Source: Pseudomonadota bacterium (GTDB taxonomy: Bacteria > Bdellovibrionota_B > Oligoflexia > Oligoflexales > RGVZ01). From it: a stretch of DNA of 39,664 nt. The stretch covers positions 1-39,664 of the forward strand of contig JBEGVZ010000022.1 in the NCBI GenBank assembly GCA_041178085.1, written 5' to 3'. The notes below the pieces were generated by a model. That model did not search any database and was not told the DNA's origin. It worked only from the letters and a program-made list of their open reading frames with translations. The position numbers and the translations under genes were made by a program. Shown here in pieces: positions 9,703-18,443 of the stretch (positions within the stretch are counted from its first letter, which is position 1; the number at the start of each line of letters is the position of its first letter).

Positions 9703-9987
9703 ATGAAACCTTCCGTCGCAAATCCATTGAAGCATCTGCCGCATGCAACTTCTCCGGGTGACGAGCGTCTGCCTGGGGATGACTCACTTGCGTCTTGCTG
9801 TGTGCGTTCAGCCCGCGCATTTGCAAGATTCAACCAGATGGTGGCATGCGGCGACTGCAAGCAAGTCCTGAAGTTTTTCAGGGAGGCCCGCCCGCTGCAG
9901 AACTATTTGAAGTTCTGCCAGACGAGCCAGCGTCCGGTCAGGACCGGCATGGTCGGCGACTATTTTGTCGTTGGCTTTTCTTTCTGA
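9703..9987 (+). CDS. Small Cys-rich hypothetical protein (CC...CxxC, possible Zn-binding)
   Basis: 94 aa filling the gap between lipB and the end of ctpA; contains SCC...VACGDCK and has a promoter-like element upstream. Confidence 0.55.
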   Translation: MKPSVANPLKHLPHATSPGDERLPGDDSLASCCVRSARAFARFNQMVACGDCKQVLKFFREARPLQNYLKFCQTSQRPVRTGMVGDYFVVGFSF

Positions 9988-11306
9988 AGCTTTGCGTAAC
10001 TGTGCAAGTATGCGAACGCCGTAACCAGCTGGTTGTCGGACCGCAGGTTTTCCGGCCATTCGGCGATCGCGCCGCTGACGCCTTCGTGCTTTGCCATGTC
10101 ACTCAGGTCTTGGGCCTCGATGTGGCGGTCAAGGTCTGATTCCTTGCGCACTTCGCGCTCCTTGGTTTCCTTGCCTTTGGCAGCAGTTTCCTCAGGAGCT
10201 CCAGTTTTTGCCGGCACGACGATATCCGGGGTGATGCCCCGGGCCTGGATTGAGCGGTCTTTCGGCGTGAAGTAGCGAGCGATGGTCAGTTTAAGGGCCG
10301 CGCCGTCCGGCAGTGGCAAGATGGTCTGGACGGAGCCTTTGCCAAAGGAAGTCGTTCCCATGATCACCGCCCGTTCGTGGTCTTGCAGCGCCCCTGCTAC
10401 GATTTCCGATGCACTGGCCGATCCACCGTTGACCAGGACGACGACCGGGAAATCGCTGTAAGTACCACGTTTACGCGCAAATTCCCTTTCAACCCTGTCC
10501 TTGTCGCGACCGACTGTCGACACGATCAAGCCGCTCTCCACAAACAGGTCAGCCACTTGCACGGCCTGATCGAGCAGTCCGCCCGGGTTATCGCGCAGAT
10601 CAAGCACAAGTCCGGTGATGCCCCCCTTTTCCGAACGGTCCTTGACGATGCTTGCCAGCTCGTCCCCGGTGCCTTCTTGAAAGCTGCTGATCCGGACGTA
10701 TTGATATTTGGGTGCGAGGGTGTGGCTGCGCACCGATTTGACCCGGATGATTTCCCGGACCAGCTCGACAGTGACTGGATCTGGAATGTTTTGTCGGCGC
10801 AGCTTGATCTTGAGCTTCGAGCCGGGCTCCCCACGCATCTTGTCGACCGCATCATCGTTCTTCAGGTTGGTTACGACCTGCCCGTCGATCTCGATGATTT
10901 CGTCTCCCGACTTGATGCCGGCGCGTGCTGCAGGGGTGTCTTCGATCGGCGACACCACCATTAGCTTGCCTTTTTCCTGCGAGACGATCACACCGACGCC
11001 GCCAAACTTCCCCTGCGTGTCGATGGTGAGCTGTTCGTATGCCTTTGGCTGCATCAGCATGGTGTGAGGATCAAGCTGGTCTACCATGCCTTTAAGGGCG
11101 TGGTTGACCAACGCGGGTTCGCGGACCTTGGTCTCGTCAACGTACATCGATTCCAGGTAGTAGAGCCCGCGCGCCAGGGTTTCCAGCGACTTGTAGCGAG
11201 CATCACTTGCCACCTCGGCAGCGGTTGGGGCGGCGGCAACGCCTTGCGATGAAACCAGGCAACACAGAAGGACGAGTGAGCGGGGCGGCAGTGACTTTAT
11301 CGACAT
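9960..11306 (-). CDS. ctpA: C-terminal processing peptidase (S41A, PDZ domain)
   Basis: Motifs LDPHT, PDZ FGGVGV, DLRDNPGG, SASASEIVAGALQD (catalytic Ser) and GKGSVQ (catalytic Lys). Start at 11306 has a GGAG SD and signal peptide; the track start is 11348. Confidence 0.93.
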   Translation of the reverse strand: MSIKSLPPRSLVLLCCLVSSQGVAAAPTAAEVASDARYKSLETLARGLYYLESMYVDETKVREPALVNHALKGMVDQLDPHTMLMQPKAYEQLTIDTQGKFGGVGVIVSQEKGKLMVVSPIEDTPAARAGIKSGDEIIEIDGQVVTNLKNDDAVDKMRGEPGSKLKIKLRRQNIPDPVTVELVREIIRVKSVRSHTLAPKYQYVRISSFQEGTGDELASIVKDRSEKGGITGLVLDLRDNPGGLLDQAVQVADLFVESGLIVSTVGRDKDRVEREFARKRGTYSDFPVVVLVNGGSASASEIVAGALQDHERAVIMGTTSFGKGSVQTILPLPDGAALKLTIARYFTPKDRSIQARGITPDIVVPAKTGAPEETAAKGKETKEREVRKESDLDRHIEAQDLSDMAKHEGVSGAIAEWPENLRSDNQLVTAFAYLHSYAKLQKEKPTTK

Positions 11307-11313
11307 CGCAGGT

Positions 11314-12114
11314 TCAGCTCCTGGTTTGCGTGGTACCCTTGCTGACAATCTTTTTCAGCTCGAGGATACGCTTCGTCTCCTGCTCTGTCAGTCCCTCATT
11401 TTTCTCCATCGCTTCGACGACGCTACGGGCGATGTTGGGTTTTTTCTGTCCCATGTAGATCCGTACCAGCCCTTCCACCGGTTCGAGGCACCGGGGGCAT
11501 GCGGCGCGGGCTGTCTCGAGCTTGTCCGCAGCAAGTATCCGGCGATGGGTGCTTTCATAAATCCGGGAAAGTTTTATCAAGGTCAGGAAGTTGGTCGGAT
11601 TTTCAGCCAGCGCCTTGTTGTAAAAGTTTTCTGCACGCACGGACCTGCCTGTCAACTCTGCGACCAGTCCAAGGTTGTGATAGATGCGTTCCTTGTATTT
11701 GTACGCGGAGATTGCCGGAGCCTTCAGGCATCGATCAAGCAGCGTGTTGGCGGCATCATAACGTCCCGCCTGGATCAAGGCCGAGCTCAGGTTTAAATTG
11801 TAGGTGATGTTGTCACGGTCGATGCTCGCGGCCTTTTCCAGGGCTTCGACGGCTTTTGCGGAATTTTTCAGCGACAGGTGCGCAAGGCCAAGAAGATTGA
11901 GAACCGCTGGGTCTTTCGGGTACTCCTGTGCAAGCAACCGTGCGTCATTCAGAGCCTGAGCCGATTGTCCGCTGTCCAGCGAGTTTATAACGATCTGCTT
12001 TCTTGTTTCGAACTTGTCGCGGTCCTTGTCCGGGGCTGCCGTTTTGTCCATCGACTGACATCCAGCTATGACGATGAGCATAAAAAAACAAGTGATTACA
12101 GACTGTTGTGTCAT
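11314..12114 (-). CDS. TPR-repeat lipoprotein (PilF/PilW/Tgl- or LbcA-like)
   Basis: ATG at 12114 with GGAG SD, lipobox LIVIAGC, and TPR motifs LNLLGLAH, NLSSAL and YHNLGLV. Confidence 0.85.
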   Translation of the reverse strand: MTQQSVITCFFMLIVIAGCQSMDKTAAPDKDRDKFETRKQIVINSLDSGQSAQALNDARLLAQEYPKDPAVLNLLGLAHLSLKNSAKAVEALEKAASIDRDNITYNLNLSSALIQAGRYDAANTLLDRCLKAPAISAYKYKERIYHNLGLVAELTGRSVRAENFYNKALAENPTNFLTLIKLSRIYESTHRRILAADKLETARAACPRCLEPVEGLVRIYMGQKKPNIARSVVEAMEKNEGLTEQETKRILELKKIVSKGTTQTRS

Positions 12115-12287
12115 AAATAGGCACTCCCGTGAGAATCCTGCATGATGACCCGCGCGACAGATCCCTCTTATTGACTTGCCCTGCCTCGGGGCTGGTGGCA
12201 TGCAATAGAGACCGAGTCCAACGACCAAGGCCAGGACCCATGCGGGATCTGTCAGGATCGATATTATCACGGAACCGGCGAGGACTG

Positions 12288-13376
12288 ATGAAAAACCAAG
12301 CACAAACCGGCAATAAAGAACTGGAAATAAAATCAACAGATTCAGATGGTTCGGTGTCGGAGAAGTCTGACAAGGAACGGGTCAAGGCAGCGCGGGAAAA
12401 GCTCGGAGCCACCCTTAAAGACGCGCGCCTGCGCTCGGGCATGAGTGAGGACGCCGTTGCCCAGATTACCCGGATCACCCGTAACTATATTGTTGCCCTC
12501 GAATCCGGTCAGTTTGAGAAGCTGCCGGGCGCTGTTTTCGGGCGCGGTTTTGTTCGCAGCATTTCCCGTTTGCTTGGCCTGGATCAGGAAGAACTTTCGA
12601 ACCTTTACAGCGATGGCTGGGAAGCCGGGAAGTTGCAGAATACCCTGCGTGCTCCGGCTGCAGAAGGTGCGATTTCGCAGCGTCTTTCCGCGCGCAGAAA
12701 ACTCAAGTTCGACATCGGAAACCTTCTGCAGAAGCGTGCCCTGCCGGAAATCAAGTTTGATAGCCAGAAGCAGATGGCCCTTTTGATTGCGGCTCCGGTC
12801 ATTGCGATTTTTGCGGCGATCACCGTGGTTGCTGTACGGAAAGGCAATGCACCGCAACGTGCCCGCGTGGCCAACACCGCGCCGGCCGACGCCACAATTC
12901 CAGTTCAGTCTGTTACCGCGCCTGAAACTCCGGCTGTTGCGGCCGCCGAATCAGAGCCGGCACAACCGGCACCTGCGGCGCCAGCAACCAAGCCCGCGGT
13001 TGCAGCGGCAGCTGCACCTGCCCAACAACCAGCCGCGGAAGAGCCACCCATGGAGCTGCGCAGTGAAAAAGCGGCTTTCGAGCAAGTCCTTGAGCTGGTG
13101 GTGATCGAGCCGGTGAAGATAAAACTGGTTCAGGACGGCAAGGCGCCTTCAGTGAAGCAACTCAAACCTGACGCCTACCGCTTTTCATTTTCCGATCGAG
13201 CGGAACTGACGGTTTACGATGCTGCCGCGATGGAAGTAGCCTTCAACGGGCGAAGTCTGGGATCTTTGGGTGCAAAGGGCCGGATCCGCAAACTGATATT
13301 CCAGTCGGGCGGTCCGGATTCCGCAGCCTCTGCGCAGGGGCAGTCCCCTGTTGGCGATAGTGAAAAAAAGTTGTGA
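12288..13376 (+). CDS. rodZ: RodZ-like protein (HTH_25 domain, TM helix, Ala/Pro-rich linker, DUF4115-like domain)
   Basis: LGATLKDARLRSGMS...IVALESGQFEKLPGAVFGRGFVRS, a single TM helix, and C-terminal VAFNGRSLGSLG; ATG at 12288 after GAGG. Confidence 0.85.
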   Translation: MKNQAQTGNKELEIKSTDSDGSVSEKSDKERVKAAREKLGATLKDARLRSGMSEDAVAQITRITRNYIVALESGQFEKLPGAVFGRGFVRSISRLLGLDQEELSNLYSDGWEAGKLQNTLRAPAAEGAISQRLSARRKLKFDIGNLLQKRALPEIKFDSQKQMALLIAAPVIAIFAAITVVAVRKGNAPQRARVANTAPADATIPVQSVTAPETPAVAAAESEPAQPAPAAPATKPAVAAAAAPAQQPAAEEPPMELRSEKAAFEQVLELVVIEPVKIKLVQDGKAPSVKQLKPDAYRFSFSDRAELTVYDAAAMEVAFNGRSLGSLGAKGRIRKLIFQSGGPDSAASAQGQSPVGDSEKKL

Positions 13377-13379
13377 TAT

Positions 13380-13660
13380 CCGCATGAGGTGCGGTGGTTG
13401 GCGTGGGTTTTCTGTCGCCATTTCTGGCGCCTGATGGAGTCCAGCCTAAAGCCCCACCGATTGATGCCGAAGAAACCATTGCAGGTACCAGTTGCCTGCA
13501 CGTGATGCGATGTCGGAACAGGTCGGTGATCGACCTGCACGGAGATGGAACGGAAGGGAAACCTTCCCGGAACAGTGCCGGCCAAGGATTGGCCCGATTG
13601 CCAGGAGGGCAGTCGCAAGGGTCTCCAGACCACAAGCATCCCGAAGCCCTGCAAGTGTGG
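13380..13660 (+). ncRNA. Candidate structured non-coding RNA or panC leader
   Basis: At least seven hairpins found by eye, including GGAAGG-GAAA-CCTTCC. A closing helix GGAGAT/GTCTCC forms a multi-way junction, the non-Watson-Crick pairs read as G-U on the + strand, and there are six ANGGA motifs. Confidence 0.55.
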
Positions 13661-13662
13661 AC

Positions 13663-14514
13663 ATGACCATTCAAACCATTGTTGAACCAGCCGCCCTGGA
13701 TGCGTTCCGCCTCGGCCTTTTTTCCGCCGGCAAAAAGTTGGCATTTGTCCCGACCATGGGTGCATTGCACGATGGGCACGTATCCCTTGTCAAACAAGCA
13801 CGGCAGATGGCGGATGCGACGATCACCAGTATCTTCGTAAATCCCTCACAATTCGCTCCCGGCGAGGACTTCAACCGCTATCCCCGGACTTTGACGGAGG
13901 ATGTCGCGCGCCTCGTCGAGGCTGGATGCGATGCCGTCTTCCTGCCCAACGTTGCGACGATGTACCCGGACGGGTTCCAGACCTGGATTCGCAACGAGGC
14001 ACTGGAAAACGATTTGTGTGGCGCATCCCGCCCGGGCCACTTCCGTGGCGTGTTGACCATTGTCATGAAGCTGCTGAACCTGGTGCGACCGGATATCGCC
14101 ATCTTTGGCAAGAAGGACTACCAGCAGTGGCGTTTGATCGAGAAAATGGCGCTCGACCTGAATCTGCCGGTGAAAATTGTTGGTGGTGAAACAGTGCGTG
14201 AAGCAGACGGCCTGGCCATGAGTAGCCGGAACCGCTATTTGACTTCAGAGCAGCGGCCCCGTGCTGCAGCCATTGCCCGCGGACTTCATGCAGCCGTTGA
14301 AAAACGAAATGCCGGCGAAGCTGACGCCAAGGTGTTGCTCAATCTTGTCGCAGCAGAGATTGCGAAAGTTCCTGAGATGAAAGTGGAATACCTGGAGATC
14401 CGTGACCAGCTGGCGTTGACGCCTGTAGTTGGGAAAATTTCCCGTCCCTCGGTGATTATGGTCGCGGCAAGGTTGGGTGATCTGCGTTTGATTGATAACA
14501 TGGAGCTTGCCTGA
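13663..14514 (+). CDS. panC: Pantoate--beta-alanine ligase
   Basis: Motifs FVPTMGALHDGH, SIFVNPSQF, RPGHFRGV, FGKKDYQQ, READGLAMSSRN and RLIDN; start at MTIQ (13663). Confidence 0.97.
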   Translation: MTIQTIVEPAALDAFRLGLFSAGKKLAFVPTMGALHDGHVSLVKQARQMADATITSIFVNPSQFAPGEDFNRYPRTLTEDVARLVEAGCDAVFLPNVATMYPDGFQTWIRNEALENDLCGASRPGHFRGVLTIVMKLLNLVRPDIAIFGKKDYQQWRLIEKMALDLNLPVKIVGGETVREADGLAMSSRNRYLTSEQRPRAAAIARGLHAAVEKRNAGEADAKVLLNLVAAEIAKVPEMKVEYLEIRDQLALTPVVGKISRPSVIMVAARLGDLRLIDNMELA

Positions 14515-14550
14515 TCCAGGCATGACGATTGCCCTTGTGCAGGTGGGTCC

Positions 14551-17130
14551 GTGTTGCTGTTGATGTTTGCAATCCATTGGTTGCGGTGGTTTGGCTGGCT
14601 TCGCCTGCCGATGCGGTGGTGGATTGTAGCCCGCATGGTTCCGCAAAACCCGCTCACTGAGCTTGGGCTTGACCCAAAAAAACCGGTTTGTTTTGTCACT
14701 TCAAGCGGTGCCCTGACCGACCTGATCGTGGTTGATGACCAGTGCCGGCGCAACGGCCTGCCAAGGCCACGGATCACCGCATCTGAGTTGCTGAAGCGTG
14801 TGCCATCCCAGGCCACTGCCGCGCACATGTTCTTGACCAGCTTGAAGCTGTTCCAGGCTGACCGGGAAAGCCGCCGCGAAATCCTGCGGCCGTTTTCCAA
14901 GATGGTCGATCACGCCCGCAGCCATCCTGGCTTCGATGTTCAGTTGGTTCCTGTCTCTGTTTTCTGGGGGCGGAATCCGGGTAAGGGCGAGCAAAGCCTC
15001 GTGAAGTTGCTCTTCTTCGATGACGAGCATGCGGGCGTTATCCAGAAGTTTTTCACAGTCCTGGTCCAGGGCCGGAATGTGCTCGTCCAGTTCGGCAAGC
15101 CAATCAATTTACGCGAACAGATCCAGGGCAAGGAATCATCTGATGAAGTTGCCCGCAAGCTTTCGCGCGTCATGCGCGTTTACTTCAAAACCCAGCGCCT
15201 TCTTTCGGTAGGGCCTTCGGTTGGCCAGCGGCCGCGCGTGATTGAAACACTCCTGCGCACCAGGCCGGTGCGCACGATGATTGAGGACGAGGCCCGCAAA
15301 TCGGGCAAGCCGCTGGCAAAGGTGGAGCAAGAGGCCCGCAAGTACGGCTTCGAAATCGCCGCAGACCCGTCATATCCCTACGTTCGTGTCGCCGAGATAT
15401 TCCTGAAGCGGCTATGGAACCTCATGTTTAGCGGCCTGGTAATCCGCGGCCTGGATCGCGTCCACCGTTTCGGCGCAACCCATGAGATTGTCTACATGCC
15501 AAGTCACAGGAGTCACATTGATTACCTGCTGCTTGGACAGTCTCTCTACTCCCAAGGGTACACGGTGCCCCATGTGGCTGCGGGAATTAATCTCAACTTC
15601 TGGCTGGTTGGTGGTATTTTGCGCAGGGTCGGAGCGTTCTATATCCGGCGGACTTTCAGCGGCAACAAGCTTTATGCGGCAGTGTTCAGCGAATATGTCC
15701 ATTACCTGCTGACCAAGGGATTCCCCGTGAAGTTCTTTCCCGAAGGTGGGCGCAGCCGCACTGGACGTTTGCTTCAGCCCAAGACTGGTTTCCTTTCGAT
15801 GGTCGTGCAGAGCTTTCTGCGCAATCCAGCAAGGCCGATTGCTTTGGTGCCTGTTTTCCTTGGTTACGACCGCGTCTGGGAGGCCAAGACTTACGTCAAT
15901 GAGTTGCGTGGCGCGAAGAAGCGCGCTGAGTCTATCGGCCAGCTTTTCGGCGCCGTCCGGGACGTGATGAAGAATTTTGGGTCAGCCTATGTTTCCTTCG
16001 GTCAGCCGGTTGACCTTGGCCAATTCCTTGACCAACGCAAGCCCGGTTGGCGGGACGAGACGGCGGCCTCCGATGCGCGTCCATCCTGGACCAATCCCAT
16101 GACCCAGGAAATTGCGGTCGACATGATGAGCCGGATCAACGATGCAGTGGTCCTTGGTCCTGTCTCACTGGTGGCGATGGCGTTGTTGTCGGTGCCGAAC
16201 CGCGCTCTTGCGGAGGACCAGCTGGTGGAACTTCTCGATGCGATGCTTGAGATCCAGCGTGGTGTCCCGTACAGCGAAGATGCGTTCATCCCGGAGATGG
16301 ACGGAAAGTCGGCCATCAAGTCGGCGGAGCTTGTTGAGGTTTGCAAGCGCCTTTCCCTGCCTGGTGGGGATGTCATTTATGCAGATGAAGAGGATGCCAA
16401 AGTCCTCTCTTATTACAGCAACATGTGTGCGCACGTGTTTCTGATGCCGGCGGTAATTGCCCGGCTGTTCCAGCACTGTGATCAGCTCACCGCAGATGAG
16501 GTGATTCGTGCGGTCTGTGACGTTTGGCCGTTTTTCAGCCGGGAATTTTTCCTTGGTGGCACGCAGGATGGCGGCGTGAACCGTGTCTCGACGCACGCCA
16601 TGCGCATCTTGCTGGCAATGGTCGATGCAGGCTTTGTTGAGTGTCCCGGAAGGCGCACCCAGGATTCGATCGGTGCGGATGAGATTGTCTGCCGGCCAGG
16701 TCTTTCTTCCCCGCGTTTCATGTGGCTCCAGGCAATGGCGAGCATTTGTGGTTCATCCCTGGACCGGGTCGGCATTGGCTTGGCCATGTTGGGTGCAGGA
16801 ATCGGTACCAAGCCGTCGGTCAGATCGTTCCGTCGAAAGGATTTTGAGGATGCATTTGTCACGACCGGCAAGCGCCTTGACGCCATCCGGGGCAGCGAGG
16901 ACCCGGGGGCTTACGATCCAGTGCACATCCGTGTGTTTATCGACAATCTCTTGCGTCGTGGTCTGGTTGAATTGCAGGAGGTCTACGACGACGACCTGGA
17001 AGATGCCAGCAAGGCAGCTTCCGTATCGCAAATGATTGTGACCCTCCCTGCCGTAAGCCAGCTGTCATCATTGCCACGGTTGTTGCTTGGTACGGACATG
17101 TCCCAGAGCATCGGCCGCAATCCGGTTTGA
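14551..17130 (+). CDS. plsB: Glycerol-3-phosphate 1-O-acyltransferase
   Basis: Motifs VPVSVFWGRNP, HRSHID (HX4D), GAFYIRR and FPEGGRSRTG; ~860 aa. Confidence 0.92.
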   Translation: MLLLMFAIHWLRWFGWLRLPMRWWIVARMVPQNPLTELGLDPKKPVCFVTSSGALTDLIVVDDQCRRNGLPRPRITASELLKRVPSQATAAHMFLTSLKLFQADRESRREILRPFSKMVDHARSHPGFDVQLVPVSVFWGRNPGKGEQSLVKLLFFDDEHAGVIQKFFTVLVQGRNVLVQFGKPINLREQIQGKESSDEVARKLSRVMRVYFKTQRLLSVGPSVGQRPRVIETLLRTRPVRTMIEDEARKSGKPLAKVEQEARKYGFEIAADPSYPYVRVAEIFLKRLWNLMFSGLVIRGLDRVHRFGATHEIVYMPSHRSHIDYLLLGQSLYSQGYTVPHVAAGINLNFWLVGGILRRVGAFYIRRTFSGNKLYAAVFSEYVHYLLTKGFPVKFFPEGGRSRTGRLLQPKTGFLSMVVQSFLRNPARPIALVPVFLGYDRVWEAKTYVNELRGAKKRAESIGQLFGAVRDVMKNFGSAYVSFGQPVDLGQFLDQRKPGWRDETAASDARPSWTNPMTQEIAVDMMSRINDAVVLGPVSLVAMALLSVPNRALAEDQLVELLDAMLEIQRGVPYSEDAFIPEMDGKSAIKSAELVEVCKRLSLPGGDVIYADEEDAKVLSYYSNMCAHVFLMPAVIARLFQHCDQLTADEVIRAVCDVWPFFSREFFLGGTQDGGVNRVSTHAMRILLAMVDAGFVECPGRRTQDSIGADEIVCRPGLSSPRFMWLQAMASICGSSLDRVGIGLAMLGAGIGTKPSVRSFRRKDFEDAFVTTGKRLDAIRGSEDPGAYDPVHIRVFIDNLLRRGLVELQEVYDDDLEDASKAASVSQMIVTLPAVSQLSSLPRLLLGTDMSQSIGRNPV

Positions 17131-18422
17131 ATAGGGGGTTTTCGTTGTCGCGTCCGCCCAAACGATTCTGGGATGATGATGAGAACTCCGATTCATTCGA
17201 GAAGTTCAGCAAGATTCGCAAACGTGAGAAAAAAAAGTCACGTGCATCTGACCTTGGGGAGTCCTTTGAGAAGGAAGAATCCACTTGGAAGGCGCAAGTC
17301 GAGGGCGAGGGTGGATTTTTTGCCGCCCGTGTCGTTGAGGTCCACAAGCGTTACGCGTTTGTTTCTGCGGAGCCCGTCCGCGGTGAAGTCAACACCAGCG
17401 ATGTCTGGTTGGCGACGATCGCCAAGCGCTTCCTGACTGCGCGACGGGAGCAGCGCAATTTCGTTTGCGTCGGAGATCGTGTTTTGTGCCGTCCAGCCCG
17501 CGAGGACGAGCTGGCTTCCACCTCGGAACTTCCCCAGTGCCTGATCGAATCGATGGCGCCACGGCAAACCCGCCTTGCCCGCAGGGATCCTTCGACGCCA
17601 GAACGTGAACATGTTTTGTGCAGCAACCTGGACCAGTTGGCTATTGTCGCCAGCTTCCGCATGCCTCTGGTCAAGTGGGGGTTGATTGATCGGTATCTGG
17701 TCCTTGCGGAAAGCGAGGGGATCTCTCCTATCATCGTCCTCAACAAGCGCGACATGCTGGATGCCGGAGCCGAGGAAATCCAGAAAGGGGAGCAAGCGGA
17801 GATTGACCGCGAGCTTGGTGACGACACAGGTCATGGGCGGTTAAGGGGACTGGCTGCGTTTCGTCAGAAGTGCGAGGAACGCATGGCGCTATACCGGGAC
17901 CTCGGGTACCAGGTTTTCACCTTGCAGGCCAATGCCAAGGGTGCTGGAAAGGACCCGCAGGTGAAGGATCTGCGACAGGCCCTGAAGGGGAAAGTCACTG
18001 CTTTTTCAGGACATTCTGGCGTTGGCAAGTCTTCGATTGTCAATTTGTTCAAGCCCGAGCTGATCCAGGCGGTAGAGCCCGATGAGGACATCTTTTACAA
18101 GGGCCGCCACACTACCTCTTATGCAAGTTTCATAAAGCTCGGTACGGGCGGGTTTGTCATCGATACACCGGGAGTCCGGAGCTTCCTGATCCGCGAGGAT
18201 TCCCCGATCCACCTGACCCACTGCTTTGTCGAGATGAGGCCGTTCCTGGGCAAATGTGGCTTCCGGGAGTGCCGCCACGTGGATGAACCGGGGTGCCTGG
18301 TCCTGGCGGCAGTTGAGTCTGGAAAAATTAGCCGCTGGCGGTATAAGTCTTACCTTGGCCTTTTGCTGGGAACCACCGGACGGCAAGGGCGCACCAGGGA
18401 TCTCGAGGTAGAAGAGCCCTGA
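17127..18422 (+). CDS. rsgA: Ribosome small subunit-dependent GTPase A
   Basis: Circularly permuted GTPase motifs NKRD, GHSGVGKSS, GRHTT and DTPG, plus Zn finger CGFRECRHVDEPGC. Confidence 0.95.
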   Translation: MNRGFSLSRPPKRFWDDDENSDSFEKFSKIRKREKKKSRASDLGESFEKEESTWKAQVEGEGGFFAARVVEVHKRYAFVSAEPVRGEVNTSDVWLATIAKRFLTARREQRNFVCVGDRVLCRPAREDELASTSELPQCLIESMAPRQTRLARRDPSTPEREHVLCSNLDQLAIVASFRMPLVKWGLIDRYLVLAESEGISPIIVLNKRDMLDAGAEEIQKGEQAEIDRELGDDTGHGRLRGLAAFRQKCEERMALYRDLGYQVFTLQANAKGAGKDPQVKDLRQALKGKVTAFSGHSGVGKSSIVNLFKPELIQAVEPDEDIFYKGRHTTSYASFIKLGTGGFVIDTPGVRSFLIREDSPIHLTHCFVEMRPFLGKCGFRECRHVDEPGCLVLAAVESGKISRWRYKSYLGLLLGTTGRQGRTRDLEVEEP

Positions 18423-18443
18423 ACCGGCTAACAGGATGAATCG

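Noticed and set aside
13510..13645. Loose cobalamin-riboswitch-like words on the minus strand (ACTGCCC, GCACTG...GGGAAGG, GACCTG)
   Set aside because: Core spacing and the B12 box do not fit, no minus-strand gene lies downstream, and the G-U polarity and GNRA loop favour the + strand.
13380..13660. RNase P, SRP, tmRNA or group II intron identity for the structured element
   Set aside because: No GAGGAAAGTCC, no SRP CAGG...GGAA...AGCAG core, no tRNA-like ends and no domain V found by eye.
13492..13662. 57-aa N-terminal extension of PanC in the ORF track
   Set aside because: It is Arg/Pro-rich and unlike PanC; homology starts at MTIQ (13663), and the region is better explained as structured RNA.
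13394..13666. 90-aa ORF ending in an ATGA overlap with panC (possible leader peptide)
   Set aside because: No recognisable motif and a weak start; such ORFs arise by chance at this GC content. Not fully excluded without ribosome profiling.
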